The notes under the pieces were generated by a model, which saw nothing but the letters and a program-made list of their open reading frames with translations, was not told the origin of the DNA and searched no databases. Below, piece after piece: positions 10,177 to 19,763 of a stretch of 64,000 bases of DNA. Source of the stretch: Pyrodictiaceae archaeon. Its GTDB lineage: Archaea; Thermoproteota; Thermoprotei_A; Sulfolobales; WANQ01. Positions within the stretch are counted from its first letter, which is position 1. Every line of letters starts with the position of its first letter. A program made the translations under genes and the position numbers. Where the stretch lies: contig WANQ01000043.1 in the NCBI GenBank assembly GCA_015521735.1, forward strand, positions 30,454 through 94,453, read 5' to 3'.

Positions 10177-11085
10177 CTAAGCACCCAAGTATCCCAATAC
10201 ACTATAGGCTATAGTTAATGGTGTATAGATTTTAAGAAGACTACGTGGCGCTAAGTCTATTCTAGAACGCCCTAACACCACTGAGACTACTGCGAATACT
10301 ATCCACAACACTACTAGTACTAGTAGGAATACTCCTATAGACGCTAGTCCAAGTACATTAGCGAATGGCAATACTATTAGATCTGCTAATATAGCATACA
10401 GTATGAGCCTCTTCAAGTAATGAGCATAGAGAGCTAAGCCTAGTACTGGTCCACTAAACTCCACTAGTACTCCAGAAGCAAGCTCTGGTTCAGCTTCACC
10501 TATATCAAAAGGTATCCTCCCCGAAGCCACGTAACATGCAATACCTAGTACGACTAAGAGTAGGATATATGATAACGTTAACCTAAAACCAACCAAGCCA
10601 GTAAAGCTTGAAGACCCAGTAATCAATGCTAATGCTATAAGGCTTAACGCAAGGAAAAACTCGTTAACAAGACCCAGGCCTGCTTCACGGAAAACACCTA
10701 TAGTAGCATAAGGATTACCTGAGGCAAGCGAGCTAACAGTCCATAGAAGCTGTAATGCTATTACTAGGACTAGAACCAACAATATGTCAGGTAATCCTAG
10801 GGTAAACGGGTTAGGTACACCATAAGGTATTATGGAAAGTGTTACAAGTGCTAAAGTATAGAGTAAGCCTACAAGTAATGGTACAAGTAAGCCTCCTTCC
10901 GGTAAAACTAGTTCCTTAGAAAAGAGCTTTAAAATATCATACCATGTCTGAAGTATGCTTGGAGGACCTATACGACTATGTAGTTTTGCCCTAATCTTAC
11001 GTTCAATACCATCTAGGAGAGGAGCGAGTAAAGTCAAGCACACGAATAATACAATAGATAATGCAATGTTAACCTCTAGTTGCAT
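10177..11085 (-). CDS. Hydrogenase membrane subunit (HycD/NuoH-like)
   Basis: GIERKIRAKLHSRIGPP and RIPFDIGEAEPELASGVLVEFSG. Confidence 0.92.
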   Translation of the reverse strand: MQLEVNIALSIVLFVCLTLLAPLLDGIERKIRAKLHSRIGPPSILQTWYDILKLFSKELVLPEGGLLVPLLVGLLYTLALVTLSIIPYGVPNPFTLGLPDILLVLVLVIALQLLWTVSSLASGNPYATIGVFREAGLGLVNEFFLALSLIALALITGSSSFTGLVGFRLTLSYILLLVVLGIACYVASGRIPFDIGEAEPELASGVLVEFSGPVLGLALYAHYLKRLILYAILADLIVLPFANVLGLASIGVFLLVLVVLWIVFAVVSVVLGRSRIDLAPRSLLKIYTPLTIAYSVLGYLGA

Positions 11086-11374
11086 AGAGAAACACCGTTA
11101 ACACTACTATTGAGACTGTAAGCAAGAAGCCTATGTATAGAGATGACATTACAAGAGACTTCTCAATAGACTTCTGTAGCGTGTTAACAATTGATGCTAG
11201 CTTCTTAGAAAACGATATTATCTTCTGCTCAGTCTTCTCCCCCAAGCTAGTTGATGCAACAAATACTGTTGCGGCAAAGCCTATTATTGAGGGCTTAAGC
11301 TTCCCTAGACTACGCCTAATCTTCTCTAACGCCTTCTCAAAGCTAAATATCGTTGATGCTCTAGCATAACTCAT
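11069..11374 (-). CDS. Small membrane protein of the hydrogenase operon (possibly a detached antiporter-subunit C-terminal helix)
   Basis: Overlaps both neighbours; amphipathic region plus a C-terminal TM helix. Confidence 0.6.
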   Translation of the reverse strand: MSYARASTIFSFEKALEKIRRSLGKLKPSIIGFAATVFVASTSLGEKTEQKIISFSKKLASIVNTLQKSIEKSLVMSSLYIGFLLTVSIVVLTVFLYATRG

Positions 11375-12912
11375 GGGTAAGCACCACCTAACCAGATCTC
11401 CTCAGTTCTAATCTTTTTCTGCGCGAGTATAAATATATAGGACATTATTAAACCAAGTAATGCAACAAAATTTATAAATAATACTAACAATCCTAAAGTA
11501 GTATACTGGGCTAACAATGGGACTACTAGCCCTAAGGCAAAGTTTACTCCAAGACCATATCCTTCAGCAATTGACAAGAGCCTATACTTTAACACACGAC
11601 TACGTATAGGCTTATAGCCTCCATAATACGTGCTTAAATACTTTAACCCATATACTAGTCCTGAAGCAGAAAGGAATACTAGTGCTACTAATGGTATAAT
11701 TGATAGTACTCCATAGTTCATTGAAGCATAGACCAAGACTATGAAGGTATAGAGTTTTGCAGCAAACCCTATTGTTGATGGAGAACCTATGAGACTTAGA
11801 ACACCAGTTATTGTTGCTAATGAGCCTTGTTGATCTATTCTTGAAAGATATCCTAGCTCATATATATCTCTGGTATTAGCGAGTATCTCAATACTACCAG
11901 CATTAATAAATAGCAAAGACTTAGCTACACCATGCGCAATCATTAATGTATACAATGCATAGAGCACACTAATACTATACCCTGTATAAATGTATATTCC
12001 AAGTAGGGACATAAGCATACCAGAATAAGCCATAGTAGAATACGATAATAATCTCTTAACATCCCGTTGAACAAGTGCTTGAGCTGAAGCATATACTACT
12101 GTTACAGCACCTAGAACCACAAGTAAGTACTCCAACAATACTATGTGGGGTAAAACAACTTGTAGAATCCTTAAAACACCGTAAATACTCATTTTCTCCA
12201 TTACACCACTAAGCATAGCTGATGCTGGCGACGGAGCTAGGGTATAAGCATCTGGTAGCCAGAAGTGTAAGGGTACTAGTGCTGCCTTAGCTATAAAGCC
12301 TATGAATAAGAGTACAGTTATTATTGGTCCAACACTTATTCCTAAACCTGATAAGTCTGTAAAGCTGGCTGTTAAGGCCTTGTCCAAGCCTATATGATAT
12401 GATGTAACTGCTAGTAAGGTGAATAACGAGAAATCTGCTGTAAGAGCACCTACTATAAGATACTGGATACCTGCTCTCCAAGACTCACGTGTACCCTCAG
12501 ATAATATTATCATGAACCCTATAAGCTCTGTTATAATCCAGAATACTACGAACTCAAGTAACATAGTAGAAGTGTATAGTAAGAGTAGTGAAGCCGCGAA
12601 TATGTCCATGGGTAGTTGTAGTGTACGTGCAATACCATAGAGTACTCTTGAGTATCCCTCCGTATGCAGTGTTACTGCTATGCCTACTAAGCCCAGCAAT
12701 AAAAGGAATGGATATGATACTTGGTCAACGATCTCAAGGTAGAATGCCGATAAAGGTATCAATACTATTATAAGCGAGTAGCCTAAAAGCCTTAGAATCC
12801 TCGATAACCTTTGCTTACTATCAACTAGGATACTACCTAATATTATTAGAGCTGACGTAATGGTTACGTATAAGTACTTGTACATCAACATGTTAGCGAC
12901 CTGGATAAGCAT
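11371..12912 (-). CDS. Antiporter-like hydrogenase membrane subunit (HyfB/NuoL-M family)
   Basis: KAALVPLHFWLPDAYTLAPSPASAMLSG and KRLLSYST. Confidence 0.9.
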   Translation of the reverse strand: MLIQVANMLMYKYLYVTITSALIILGSILVDSKQRLSRILRLLGYSLIIVLIPLSAFYLEIVDQVSYPFLLLLGLVGIAVTLHTEGYSRVLYGIARTLQLPMDIFAASLLLLYTSTMLLEFVVFWIITELIGFMIILSEGTRESWRAGIQYLIVGALTADFSLFTLLAVTSYHIGLDKALTASFTDLSGLGISVGPIITVLLFIGFIAKAALVPLHFWLPDAYTLAPSPASAMLSGVMEKMSIYGVLRILQVVLPHIVLLEYLLVVLGAVTVVYASAQALVQRDVKRLLSYSTMAYSGMLMSLLGIYIYTGYSISVLYALYTLMIAHGVAKSLLFINAGSIEILANTRDIYELGYLSRIDQQGSLATITGVLSLIGSPSTIGFAAKLYTFIVLVYASMNYGVLSIIPLVALVFLSASGLVYGLKYLSTYYGGYKPIRSRVLKYRLLSIAEGYGLGVNFALGLVVPLLAQYTTLGLLVLFINFVALLGLIMSYIFILAQKKIRTEEIWLGGAYP

Positions 12913-14365
12913 AGCCTGCTACACCCTTCAGTATTCTAAGCCTAATATTATAGTAGAATGTGTATACGAGTAATATTATTAGGAGAAGTGAGAATGCGTT
13001 AACTAGTGTTAGAGTAAACATTATCTCAGTATACGATATTAGTGGTGATATAAAACCATAGACTATGTTCATTGAAGCTAGCGCTAGTTCTATGTATTGT
13101 GCTTGGTTTTCTACAGGCTTACCTGTAACTCTACCTGCTTCCCAGTGAACTCTAAGTATTCTTACACCATAGTATAGTGATACAAGTATACTATAGCCTA
13201 TGAGGAGTAATACAGCTATTGTTAATGGACTTAAACCAGCCTCCAATACACCTATTATTGATAATAGCTTGCTCATAAAGCCTATTGTTGGTGGAATACC
13301 TATAACCGATAGTATTGAGAATAGACTTGAAAGAGAAGATACGGGTACGTATGCTACAAGACCTTGTACTTCATCTAGAATTCGTGTATGTGTGGATAAC
13401 TCTATTGTACCAGCATTAATGAATAACGATGCCTTGTATAAGCCGTGAGCATATATACTTGTAATAAATGCTAGGTAAAGATACGTACTCGCGGGATGAA
13501 GGAAGTATAGTGCTTGTATTACTGCTATTAGCCCAGTATTACCTATTGTTGAGTAAGCAAGCAGTCTCTTAACATCACGTTGGCTAAGGAGCATGAGGAA
13601 GCCGTAAACACATGTAATGAAGCCCATACCCAGTAATAGATACTTTGACCACACATCCATTAATACTATGTTGTAGAGCCTCATTAATGCATAGAAGCCT
13701 AGCTTTACTGTAACACCACTAAGCACAGCTGATGCAGGAGATGGTGCAGTAGAATGTGCATGTGGTAGCCAGAAGTGTAGGGGTACTAGTGCTACTGTAG
13801 TAGTATAGCCTATCATTAATAGAAGAACATAGTATGGGTTAACACTTATTGCCGGAAGAGACCATAAACTCGTGAGTAACGCCTTTTCTATGCCTATCTT
13901 TGAGGATAGTATAGCTAGTAATGCTAGAGCTGATACCTCAAAAGTCAATGCTTTAAGGAAGAAAAACCTATAGCCAGCTCTAAATGCTTCAACACCGCCT
14001 TCAAACGATACTAGGAGGAAGCCAATTATTTCAGACATAGTCCATAGTGCTATGAATCCTACTAGATTTGGTGCAAGAACAGTATATATCAACGATATGT
14101 TGAACAAGTCTACCAGTAATTGTAGTCTATCCTGTGAGCCATACTTTATCCTAGAGTACCATGAAGTGTAAAGTGATGAAGCTATTGATACAGGTATTAG
14201 TAAGATGAGAAACATTAAGGATACTTGGTCTACTAGACCGTATGAGACAGCTATTAGTGGAATAAGATAGACTATAAGCCTTGTAGCAACAAGACTCCAA
14301 ATACTAGGTCTACGGAAGACTAGGATTATGAGGAGAGATACGAGTAGTAAAATATATGTAATCAA
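12893..14365 (-). CDS. Antiporter-like hydrogenase membrane subunit (HyfB/NuoL-M family)
   Basis: VPLHFWLPHAHSTAPSPASAVLSG and KRLLAYST; paralog of the next gene. Confidence 0.9.
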   Translation of the reverse strand: MITYILLLVSLLIILVFRRPSIWSLVATRLIVYLIPLIAVSYGLVDQVSLMFLILLIPVSIASSLYTSWYSRIKYGSQDRLQLLVDLFNISLIYTVLAPNLVGFIALWTMSEIIGFLLVSFEGGVEAFRAGYRFFFLKALTFEVSALALLAILSSKIGIEKALLTSLWSLPAISVNPYYVLLLMIGYTTTVALVPLHFWLPHAHSTAPSPASAVLSGVTVKLGFYALMRLYNIVLMDVWSKYLLLGMGFITCVYGFLMLLSQRDVKRLLAYSTIGNTGLIAVIQALYFLHPASTYLYLAFITSIYAHGLYKASLFINAGTIELSTHTRILDEVQGLVAYVPVSSLSSLFSILSVIGIPPTIGFMSKLLSIIGVLEAGLSPLTIAVLLLIGYSILVSLYYGVRILRVHWEAGRVTGKPVENQAQYIELALASMNIVYGFISPLISYTEIMFTLTLVNAFSLLLIILLVYTFYYNIRLRILKGVAGYAYPGR

Positions 14366-14390
14366 CTATGACCCCCAATAGGAGGGTCCA

Positions 14391-14900
14391 TTAACCTAAC
14401 GTTATCATTCCCTCAAGCCTAGCTCTAACAAGTTGTTCTGCTCTACGATGCCTTATCTCGTCTGAAACCTTTCTAGGCTCACCATAGATTATTGCACGTG
14501 CAGGACACATAGCATAACATGCTGGTTCTAATCCCTGTCTCCTCAAGTCCATACATAAATCACACTTAGTGCTAACTCTTAGATCAGGGTCTAGTTCTGG
14601 TACACCAAAGGGACAAGCATATAGGCATGCCATACATCCAATACACTTCATTGGATCAACATATACTGCACCACTTTCATCTCTTCTCATAGCCCCAGTA
14701 GGGCAAACCTCTATACATGGTGCTTTACTACAATGCATACATGATAGCGGTATTTTCACTCCTATACTTGTTTCATAGATCTTTATGAACGGTTTACCAT
14801 CGTGTATGAAATCGCATACTGATTCACAGGTGCCACAGCCCATACATCTATCAAGGTCTATGTATCTTAGAAACGTTATGGGGTCTGACTGCGAGGCCAA
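14391..14900 (-). CDS. 4x[4Fe-4S] electron-transfer protein (HycB/CooF/DmsB family)
   Basis: CMGCGTCESVC, CMHCSKAPCIEVCP, CIGCMACLYACP and KCDLC...PACYAMCP. Confidence 0.93.
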   Translation of the reverse strand: MASQSDPITFLRYIDLDRCMGCGTCESVCDFIHDGKPFIKIYETSIGVKIPLSCMHCSKAPCIEVCPTGAMRRDESGAVYVDPMKCIGCMACLYACPFGVPELDPDLRVSTKCDLCMDLRRQGLEPACYAMCPARAIIYGEPRKVSDEIRHRRAEQLVRARLEGMITLG

Positions 14901-14959
14901 GAATCCTCACCTAGTGGCTATGTAGGGTTACCACGTACACTAATGTAATAACGCCTATA

Positions 14960-14972
14960 TATACTTTGCAGT
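14960..14972 (-). promoter_or_regulatory. BRE/TATA promoter of the 4Fe-4S-hydrogenase operon
   Basis: Minus strand ACTGCAAAGTATA(TATA); an identical 13-mer is at 16266-16278. Confidence 0.55.
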
Positions 14973-15098
14973 AACCTTATAACGAAACTATTAGTAGCTG
15001 TAACTTATCGTGGTTCCGGGAATAGGTTAGTGGGAACTAAAACTAGGTTAAATAGACAGTTAAATAAACATACACTAGTTTTGGACTAGACTAGTTTA

Positions 15099-16166
15099 CT
15101 AGACTAGTTTCTTGGAAGTTAGCTCTAAGTGTATACTTTTTGCAGCGTATAGTCCTTGCTTTACAGCTGAGCCTATAAGACTAGGACCTGTAACAACATC
15201 TCCTGCTGCCCATATTTTTGGATTACCTGTTCTAAATCTCTCATCAACCTGTATTCTACCTCTACGATCAGCTTTAACTCCTAAATACTCGTTCTCGAAT
15301 GGTGGGGTTGCTATTTCACCTATAGCTTCTATGATTGTGTCTGCATCTAATATGAACTCGCTACCAGGTATTGGTATGGGTCTAGGCCTACCACTTTCAT
15401 CTGGTTCTCCAAGCTTCATTTTCTGTAACTCTATTCCCTTAACCCTATTGTTTTCACGTATAATTCTTGTAGGTGATACTAGCTCCATCCACTTTACTCC
15501 ACGGTTTATTAGCTTCCTAATCTCGTAGACACCTGCAGGAGCTTGCTTAATAGTTCTACGGTAAGCCATTATGACCTCTTTAGCTCCCTGGTTTAAAGCC
15601 TCCATTGCAGCGTCTACAGCACTTAATCCACCGCCTATAACTACTACTCTATTACCGATGTGTGGTTTATGTGGAATGTAGCCCTTATTGTATATTCTTA
15701 GCTCGTAGAGGAATTCTAGAGCAGACATTACACCTGGTCCTTCTTCTCCAGGACAGTGAAGTCTACGTGAACGCCATGTACCAGTAGTAATTAGTACTGC
15801 ATCATATTTGTCAACAAGGTCTTTCAACGAAACTATTCTCTCAACAAGTTTGTCTCCTTCATCTTCTCTAGGCTTACTATCACCAAACACCTTAGTCTTT
15901 GTAATGAATTCTACGTTAAATTTATCCCTTAACTCCTCAATACCCTCTAAGATATTTTCTGGTGGTATCCTCTCCTCCGGGATAGCAAATAACATGAGTC
16001 CTCCAGGTAGTGGTTGCTTGTCGTAGACGTGGACCTCGTATCCCCGACAAGCAAGGTATCCAGCAGCACTAAGACCAGCAGGTCCACCGCCAACTATAGC
16101 TATCTTGTACCTTCCTCTTCCAGGAACAATTGATGGAGGCTCCTTACACATAAACGTAAACTTCAA
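15099..16166 (-). CDS. GltD-like FAD/NAD(P)H oxidoreductase lacking the N-terminal Fe-S domain
   Basis: IVGGGPAGL, VIGGGLSAVD, AYRR (NADPH-type) and AAGDVVTGP. Confidence 0.9.
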   Translation of the reverse strand: MKFTFMCKEPPSIVPGRGRYKIAIVGGGPAGLSAAGYLACRGYEVHVYDKQPLPGGLMLFAIPEERIPPENILEGIEELRDKFNVEFITKTKVFGDSKPREDEGDKLVERIVSLKDLVDKYDAVLITTGTWRSRRLHCPGEEGPGVMSALEFLYELRIYNKGYIPHKPHIGNRVVVIGGGLSAVDAAMEALNQGAKEVIMAYRRTIKQAPAGVYEIRKLINRGVKWMELVSPTRIIRENNRVKGIELQKMKLGEPDESGRPRPIPIPGSEFILDADTIIEAIGEIATPPFENEYLGVKADRRGRIQVDERFRTGNPKIWAAGDVVTGPSLIGSAVKQGLYAAKSIHLELTSKKLV

Positions 16167-16265
16167 TACTTAGACACCTTCAACTAGTATAAGAGACGTT
16201 AATCTAGGATCCATGGCCTATAGTTTACGCTGTAGTTCAAGTACATTCTACCAGGGCCTAATATT

Positions 16266-16343
16266 TATACTTTGCAGTTGCTTAGTAGGAATATTCCTCC
16301 AACTAAATAATTTTGCTTATTTTCTTGGAAATATTCTAAGAAA
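16266..16343. promoter_or_regulatory. Divergent promoter region: BRE/TATA of the GltD-like gene plus two palindromes
   Basis: TATACTTTGCAGT at 16266-16278; AGGAATATTCCT at 16287-16298; TTTCTTGGAA-ATA-TTCTAAGAAA at 16321-16343. Confidence 0.5.
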
Positions 16344-16408
16344 TAAAACATGTTAGACAAGTATTTTTACTATTACATAAACCCTAGTCGTTTGAGGGTC
16401 TTAGCAGA

Positions 16409-17953
16409 ATGTTTAAGCATCCATTCTATTCAATGAGTGGTGTAGTAGCTTCGGAGCACCCCTTAGCATCTCTCATAGGCTCTAAGGTCTTAGAGAAAGG
16501 TAATAGTGTTGACGCTGCTATAGCTACAAGCCTAGTATTAGCTGTAACATTACCTCACCTTGGAGGTATTGGTGGAGACTTATTTGCCCTAGTACGTGAT
16601 CCTAATGGTAAGGTATACTTTGTTGATGGTAGTGGTTATGCTCCATCAAAGCTTACTCGAAAACTCCTGCTAAGTCTAGGATACAAGTCTATGCCCATGC
16701 ATGGCCCATTATCAATTAATGTGCCAGGCATGATTGATGGATTGAGGATTATGTGGGAGAACTGGGGAACAATTGAATGGCATGAACTAGTTGATTATGC
16801 TAGTAGAATTGCTAGTAAAGGATTTATTGTAACACGTAGTCTTGCATTAAGTCTTAGAAACCTATACGATGATCTCTCAGCTGATCCTGGTTCCAGGGAA
16901 ACATATTATCGTAATGGTATTCCACGTGAAGGTGAAGCAATATCATTTAAGGGCTTAGCTCAAGCACTTAAGCTAATAGGTGATGATCCTAGAAACTTCT
17001 ATGAGGGAGAAATAGCTGAAAGAATAGTAGACTATGTTAAAAGTAGGGGTGGAGTATTAGAACTAAGTGATCTTAAGAGGTATAGAGCGAGTCTTGGCGA
17101 GCCAATCAATATAGAGTATAAGGGTAGATTAATATATGAGATGCCCCCAAGTACCCAAGGTATAACATCACTACATTTACTAAAACTACTAGAAGAATAC
17201 GACTTAAAGTCCATGGGTTTGAATTCGAGTGAACGCGTAAAACTCTTCCTTAAAGCTGCTCAAATAGCTTATAGGGTTAGGGATTCATACATTACTGATC
17301 CAAGGTACATGAAGTTATCTGTAGAGTATCTACTCAGTAATAAGTTCATAGAGATGTTGAGAGATGAGATGAGGAGGAATACACGCAAAAATAATGGAAT
17401 AATACGTAAGCTAGATGGCGATACAACGTTTTTTGCAATAGCTGATAAAGACGGATGGATTGTAGCAGGTATTCAAAGCCTATTCTACCCATTCGGCTCC
17501 TATATAACAGAGCCCGAATTCAATATAACATTGAATTCTCGTGCATCATCATTTAGTCTTAGCGAAGACCATGTTAATAGACTTGAACCACTAAAGAAGA
17601 CTATGCACACACTGTCAGCAATGATAGTTGAGGATAACGGTAGGGTATTAGCAATAGGTTTATCGGGTGGACACTTTAGACCCCTTCTCCATGCACAAAT
17701 ACTAACCAATATAATAGACTATGGACTGGGCATTCAAGAAGCAATAGAGTATCCTAGATTCATATGGTATTTATGGACTAATAACGTTGACTACGAGGAA
17801 GGCCTAGACGTTAGTGGACTAGAAGGCTATGTGTTGAAGAAGAAAGCCTATCCCTCAAGACTTGGTGTAGCATCTATAGTAGAGGTTAGGGAGGGTGTTA
17901 GAGCAGGCTACACAGACATACGTGGTGATGGCATACCAATAGGTCTCCCATAG
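16409..17953 (+). CDS. ggt: Gamma-glutamyltransferase family protein
   Basis: GNSVDAAIA, GGIGGDLF, VPGMIDG, the GDTT nucleophile site and DIRGDG. Confidence 0.92.
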   Translation: MFKHPFYSMSGVVASEHPLASLIGSKVLEKGNSVDAAIATSLVLAVTLPHLGGIGGDLFALVRDPNGKVYFVDGSGYAPSKLTRKLLLSLGYKSMPMHGPLSINVPGMIDGLRIMWENWGTIEWHELVDYASRIASKGFIVTRSLALSLRNLYDDLSADPGSRETYYRNGIPREGEAISFKGLAQALKLIGDDPRNFYEGEIAERIVDYVKSRGGVLELSDLKRYRASLGEPINIEYKGRLIYEMPPSTQGITSLHLLKLLEEYDLKSMGLNSSERVKLFLKAAQIAYRVRDSYITDPRYMKLSVEYLLSNKFIEMLRDEMRRNTRKNNGIIRKLDGDTTFFAIADKDGWIVAGIQSLFYPFGSYITEPEFNITLNSRASSFSLSEDHVNRLEPLKKTMHTLSAMIVEDNGRVLAIGLSGGHFRPLLHAQILTNIIDYGLGIQEAIEYPRFIWYLWTNNVDYEEGLDVSGLEGYVLKKKAYPSRLGVASIVEVREGVRAGYTDIRGDGIPIGLP

Positions 17954-17981
17954 CCGTAAATAGTCGTTAGGGCTATAGGCA

Positions 17982-18761
17982 ATGATAGACTTGCTAGTAT
18001 ACTTTCTTATAGGTATCATAGCATCACTACTAGGCTCAATGGCTGGACTGGGGGGTGGATTCCTCGCTATACCATCACTATATTACCTAGGAGTTCAACT
18101 ACAATATGTTGTAGGGACATCTAAGTTCATGGTATTCGTGAACTCAATTGTAAGCACTTACCGTTACTCTAGGAAAATGAAGTTTCCAGCTAAGCTATAT
18201 GTATCAGTAGTTGTGCCAATGATACTAACAGCGTATGTGGGAGCATACTTAGTAGTAGTATTACCGTCTAAGATACTTGTCTTAGCTATAGGAGTAATAC
18301 TATTAGCTGGAAGCATAAGAATGATAATATCAACGCAAGGCCCCTTGACTACACAGAGCACCAAGCCTACGAGTAATAGAATGTATGCACTAGGTGTTCT
18401 TTCAGGTAGTATAGCAGGACTCGTAGCAGGTGTATCAGGACTGGGAGGCGGAATAGTGAATGTACCAGTATTCATATACCTACTAGGATTGGACCCGCAT
18501 CTAGCAGTATCATTGTCAATGGCCTGTATTCTACCATCAGCACTATCCTCTGTAATAAGGCATATAATAGACCATGTAGTAGACTGGAGTATAGCAATTC
18601 CACTAAGCATAGGAGCAGTAATAGGTGGATGGATTGGGCCAAGAATAGCATTAGGGATAAAGAAGGAAACCTTAAGAAAAATAATAGGGTTAATAATAGC
18701 GTTAGCAACAACTAGAATAATAATAGAAGCAGTAATAGAGCTAACAAGTATACAAGGATAA
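17982..18761 (+). CDS. TSUP (TauE/SafE) family sulfur-compound exporter
   Basis: Two GLGGG repeats; about 8 TM helices. Confidence 0.88.
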   Translation: MIDLLVYFLIGIIASLLGSMAGLGGGFLAIPSLYYLGVQLQYVVGTSKFMVFVNSIVSTYRYSRKMKFPAKLYVSVVVPMILTAYVGAYLVVVLPSKILVLAIGVILLAGSIRMIISTQGPLTTQSTKPTSNRMYALGVLSGSIAGLVAGVSGLGGGIVNVPVFIYLLGLDPHLAVSLSMACILPSALSSVIRHIIDHVVDWSIAIPLSIGAVIGGWIGPRIALGIKKETLRKIIGLIIALATTRIIIEAVIELTSIQG

Positions 18762-18874
18762 TGCTCTACGAGCAGCTTTATTACAGGCTATAAGTACAGT
18801 TAGGACAGAGTAATTAGAGGAAACATGTAGTCATTAATTATTAAAGTAAGGCGCTAAGTCATAGGTTTAAAGCT

Positions 18875-19552
18875 ATGACCATAGAGCCTCTAACAAGAGA
18901 GGAGAAAGAAAGGTTACTTAAGACTATAGAGGAAGACCGTGAGTTCCGCTATGCTCTAATGGGCCTTCTCGGCTTCAAAGAAGTCTTGGATAGAATTACT
19001 AAGCTAGAAGAACGATTCACTAAACTTGAGGAAGAATTCAAGAAGCTAGCTGAGAGACAACAAAAACTAGAAGAAAGGCAACAGAGATTAGAGGAGCAAT
19101 ACCAAGAACTAGCTAGAAGAATAACTAAAGTTGAGGAAAGACTTGAAAAGCTTGATAAGACCATAATAGCTATTGCCCATAGATTTGGCATATTAACGGA
19201 AGCAGGCTTCCGTGAAGCAATGAAGTATGTTGTAGAAGAAGTTCTTGGAGTAGCTAAAATAGAGAAATGGGTGTATAGAGATACAGAAGGAATAGTGTAT
19301 GGTTGTCCAGCAGTAGTAGAGGTAGACATCGTAGTTAGAGATAAAGAACACATTCTAGTAGAAGTGAAGTCCAGAGTATCTAGAAGTGATGTATCAGAGC
19401 TATATAGGATAGGTAAGCTATACGAAAAAGTCCGTGGCATAAAACCCAGACTACTCATAATCGGAGGATTCGTTGATACAACAGCATATGAGTTAGCAGT
19501 AAAACTAGGTGTTGAAATAAAACCTTTACTTAGAGAAGAATTGAGGATATAA
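18875..19552 (+). CDS. Coiled-coil PD-(D/E)XK nuclease-like protein (DUF3782/COG5493-type)
   Basis: EEDREFRYAL N-terminus, heptad repeats, RFGILTEAGFR and EVDIVV...LVEVKS. Confidence 0.85.
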   Translation: MTIEPLTREEKERLLKTIEEDREFRYALMGLLGFKEVLDRITKLEERFTKLEEEFKKLAERQQKLEERQQRLEEQYQELARRITKVEERLEKLDKTIIAIAHRFGILTEAGFREAMKYVVEEVLGVAKIEKWVYRDTEGIVYGCPAVVEVDIVVRDKEHILVEVKSRVSRSDVSELYRIGKLYEKVRGIKPRLLIIGGFVDTTAYELAVKLGVEIKPLLREELRI

Positions 19553-19763
19553 GCCCTAAAACAATTCCCAAGCCATATAGTTAACCCTTAAGCATCTACG
19601 TGAGCTAGAATTCTTATACACGGGTTTAAGATAAGAGATAAGATAGTGGTAGAATCCTTAATAGAGATGACAAGTTATAGGCTATTATAAGAGTTAAGCT
19701 AAGAACACTAATAGAGTATCCTAGAAGCTGTAGCTAAGACAGCTAGTACTATGAGGCTAAACC

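Noticed and set aside
15085-15110. Tandem duplication of ACTAGACTAGTTT at the gltD-like stop codon
   Set aside because: Short slippage-type duplication in CTAG-rich DNA with no associated element
15099-16166. Calling this a true glutamate synthase small subunit
   Set aside because: No gltB nearby, the N-terminal Fe-S domain is absent and the context is a hydrogenase cluster
19600-19763. Possible decayed vapBC remnant (DKIVVES and SILEAVAK-like peptides)
   Set aside because: Fragments too short to support without a search
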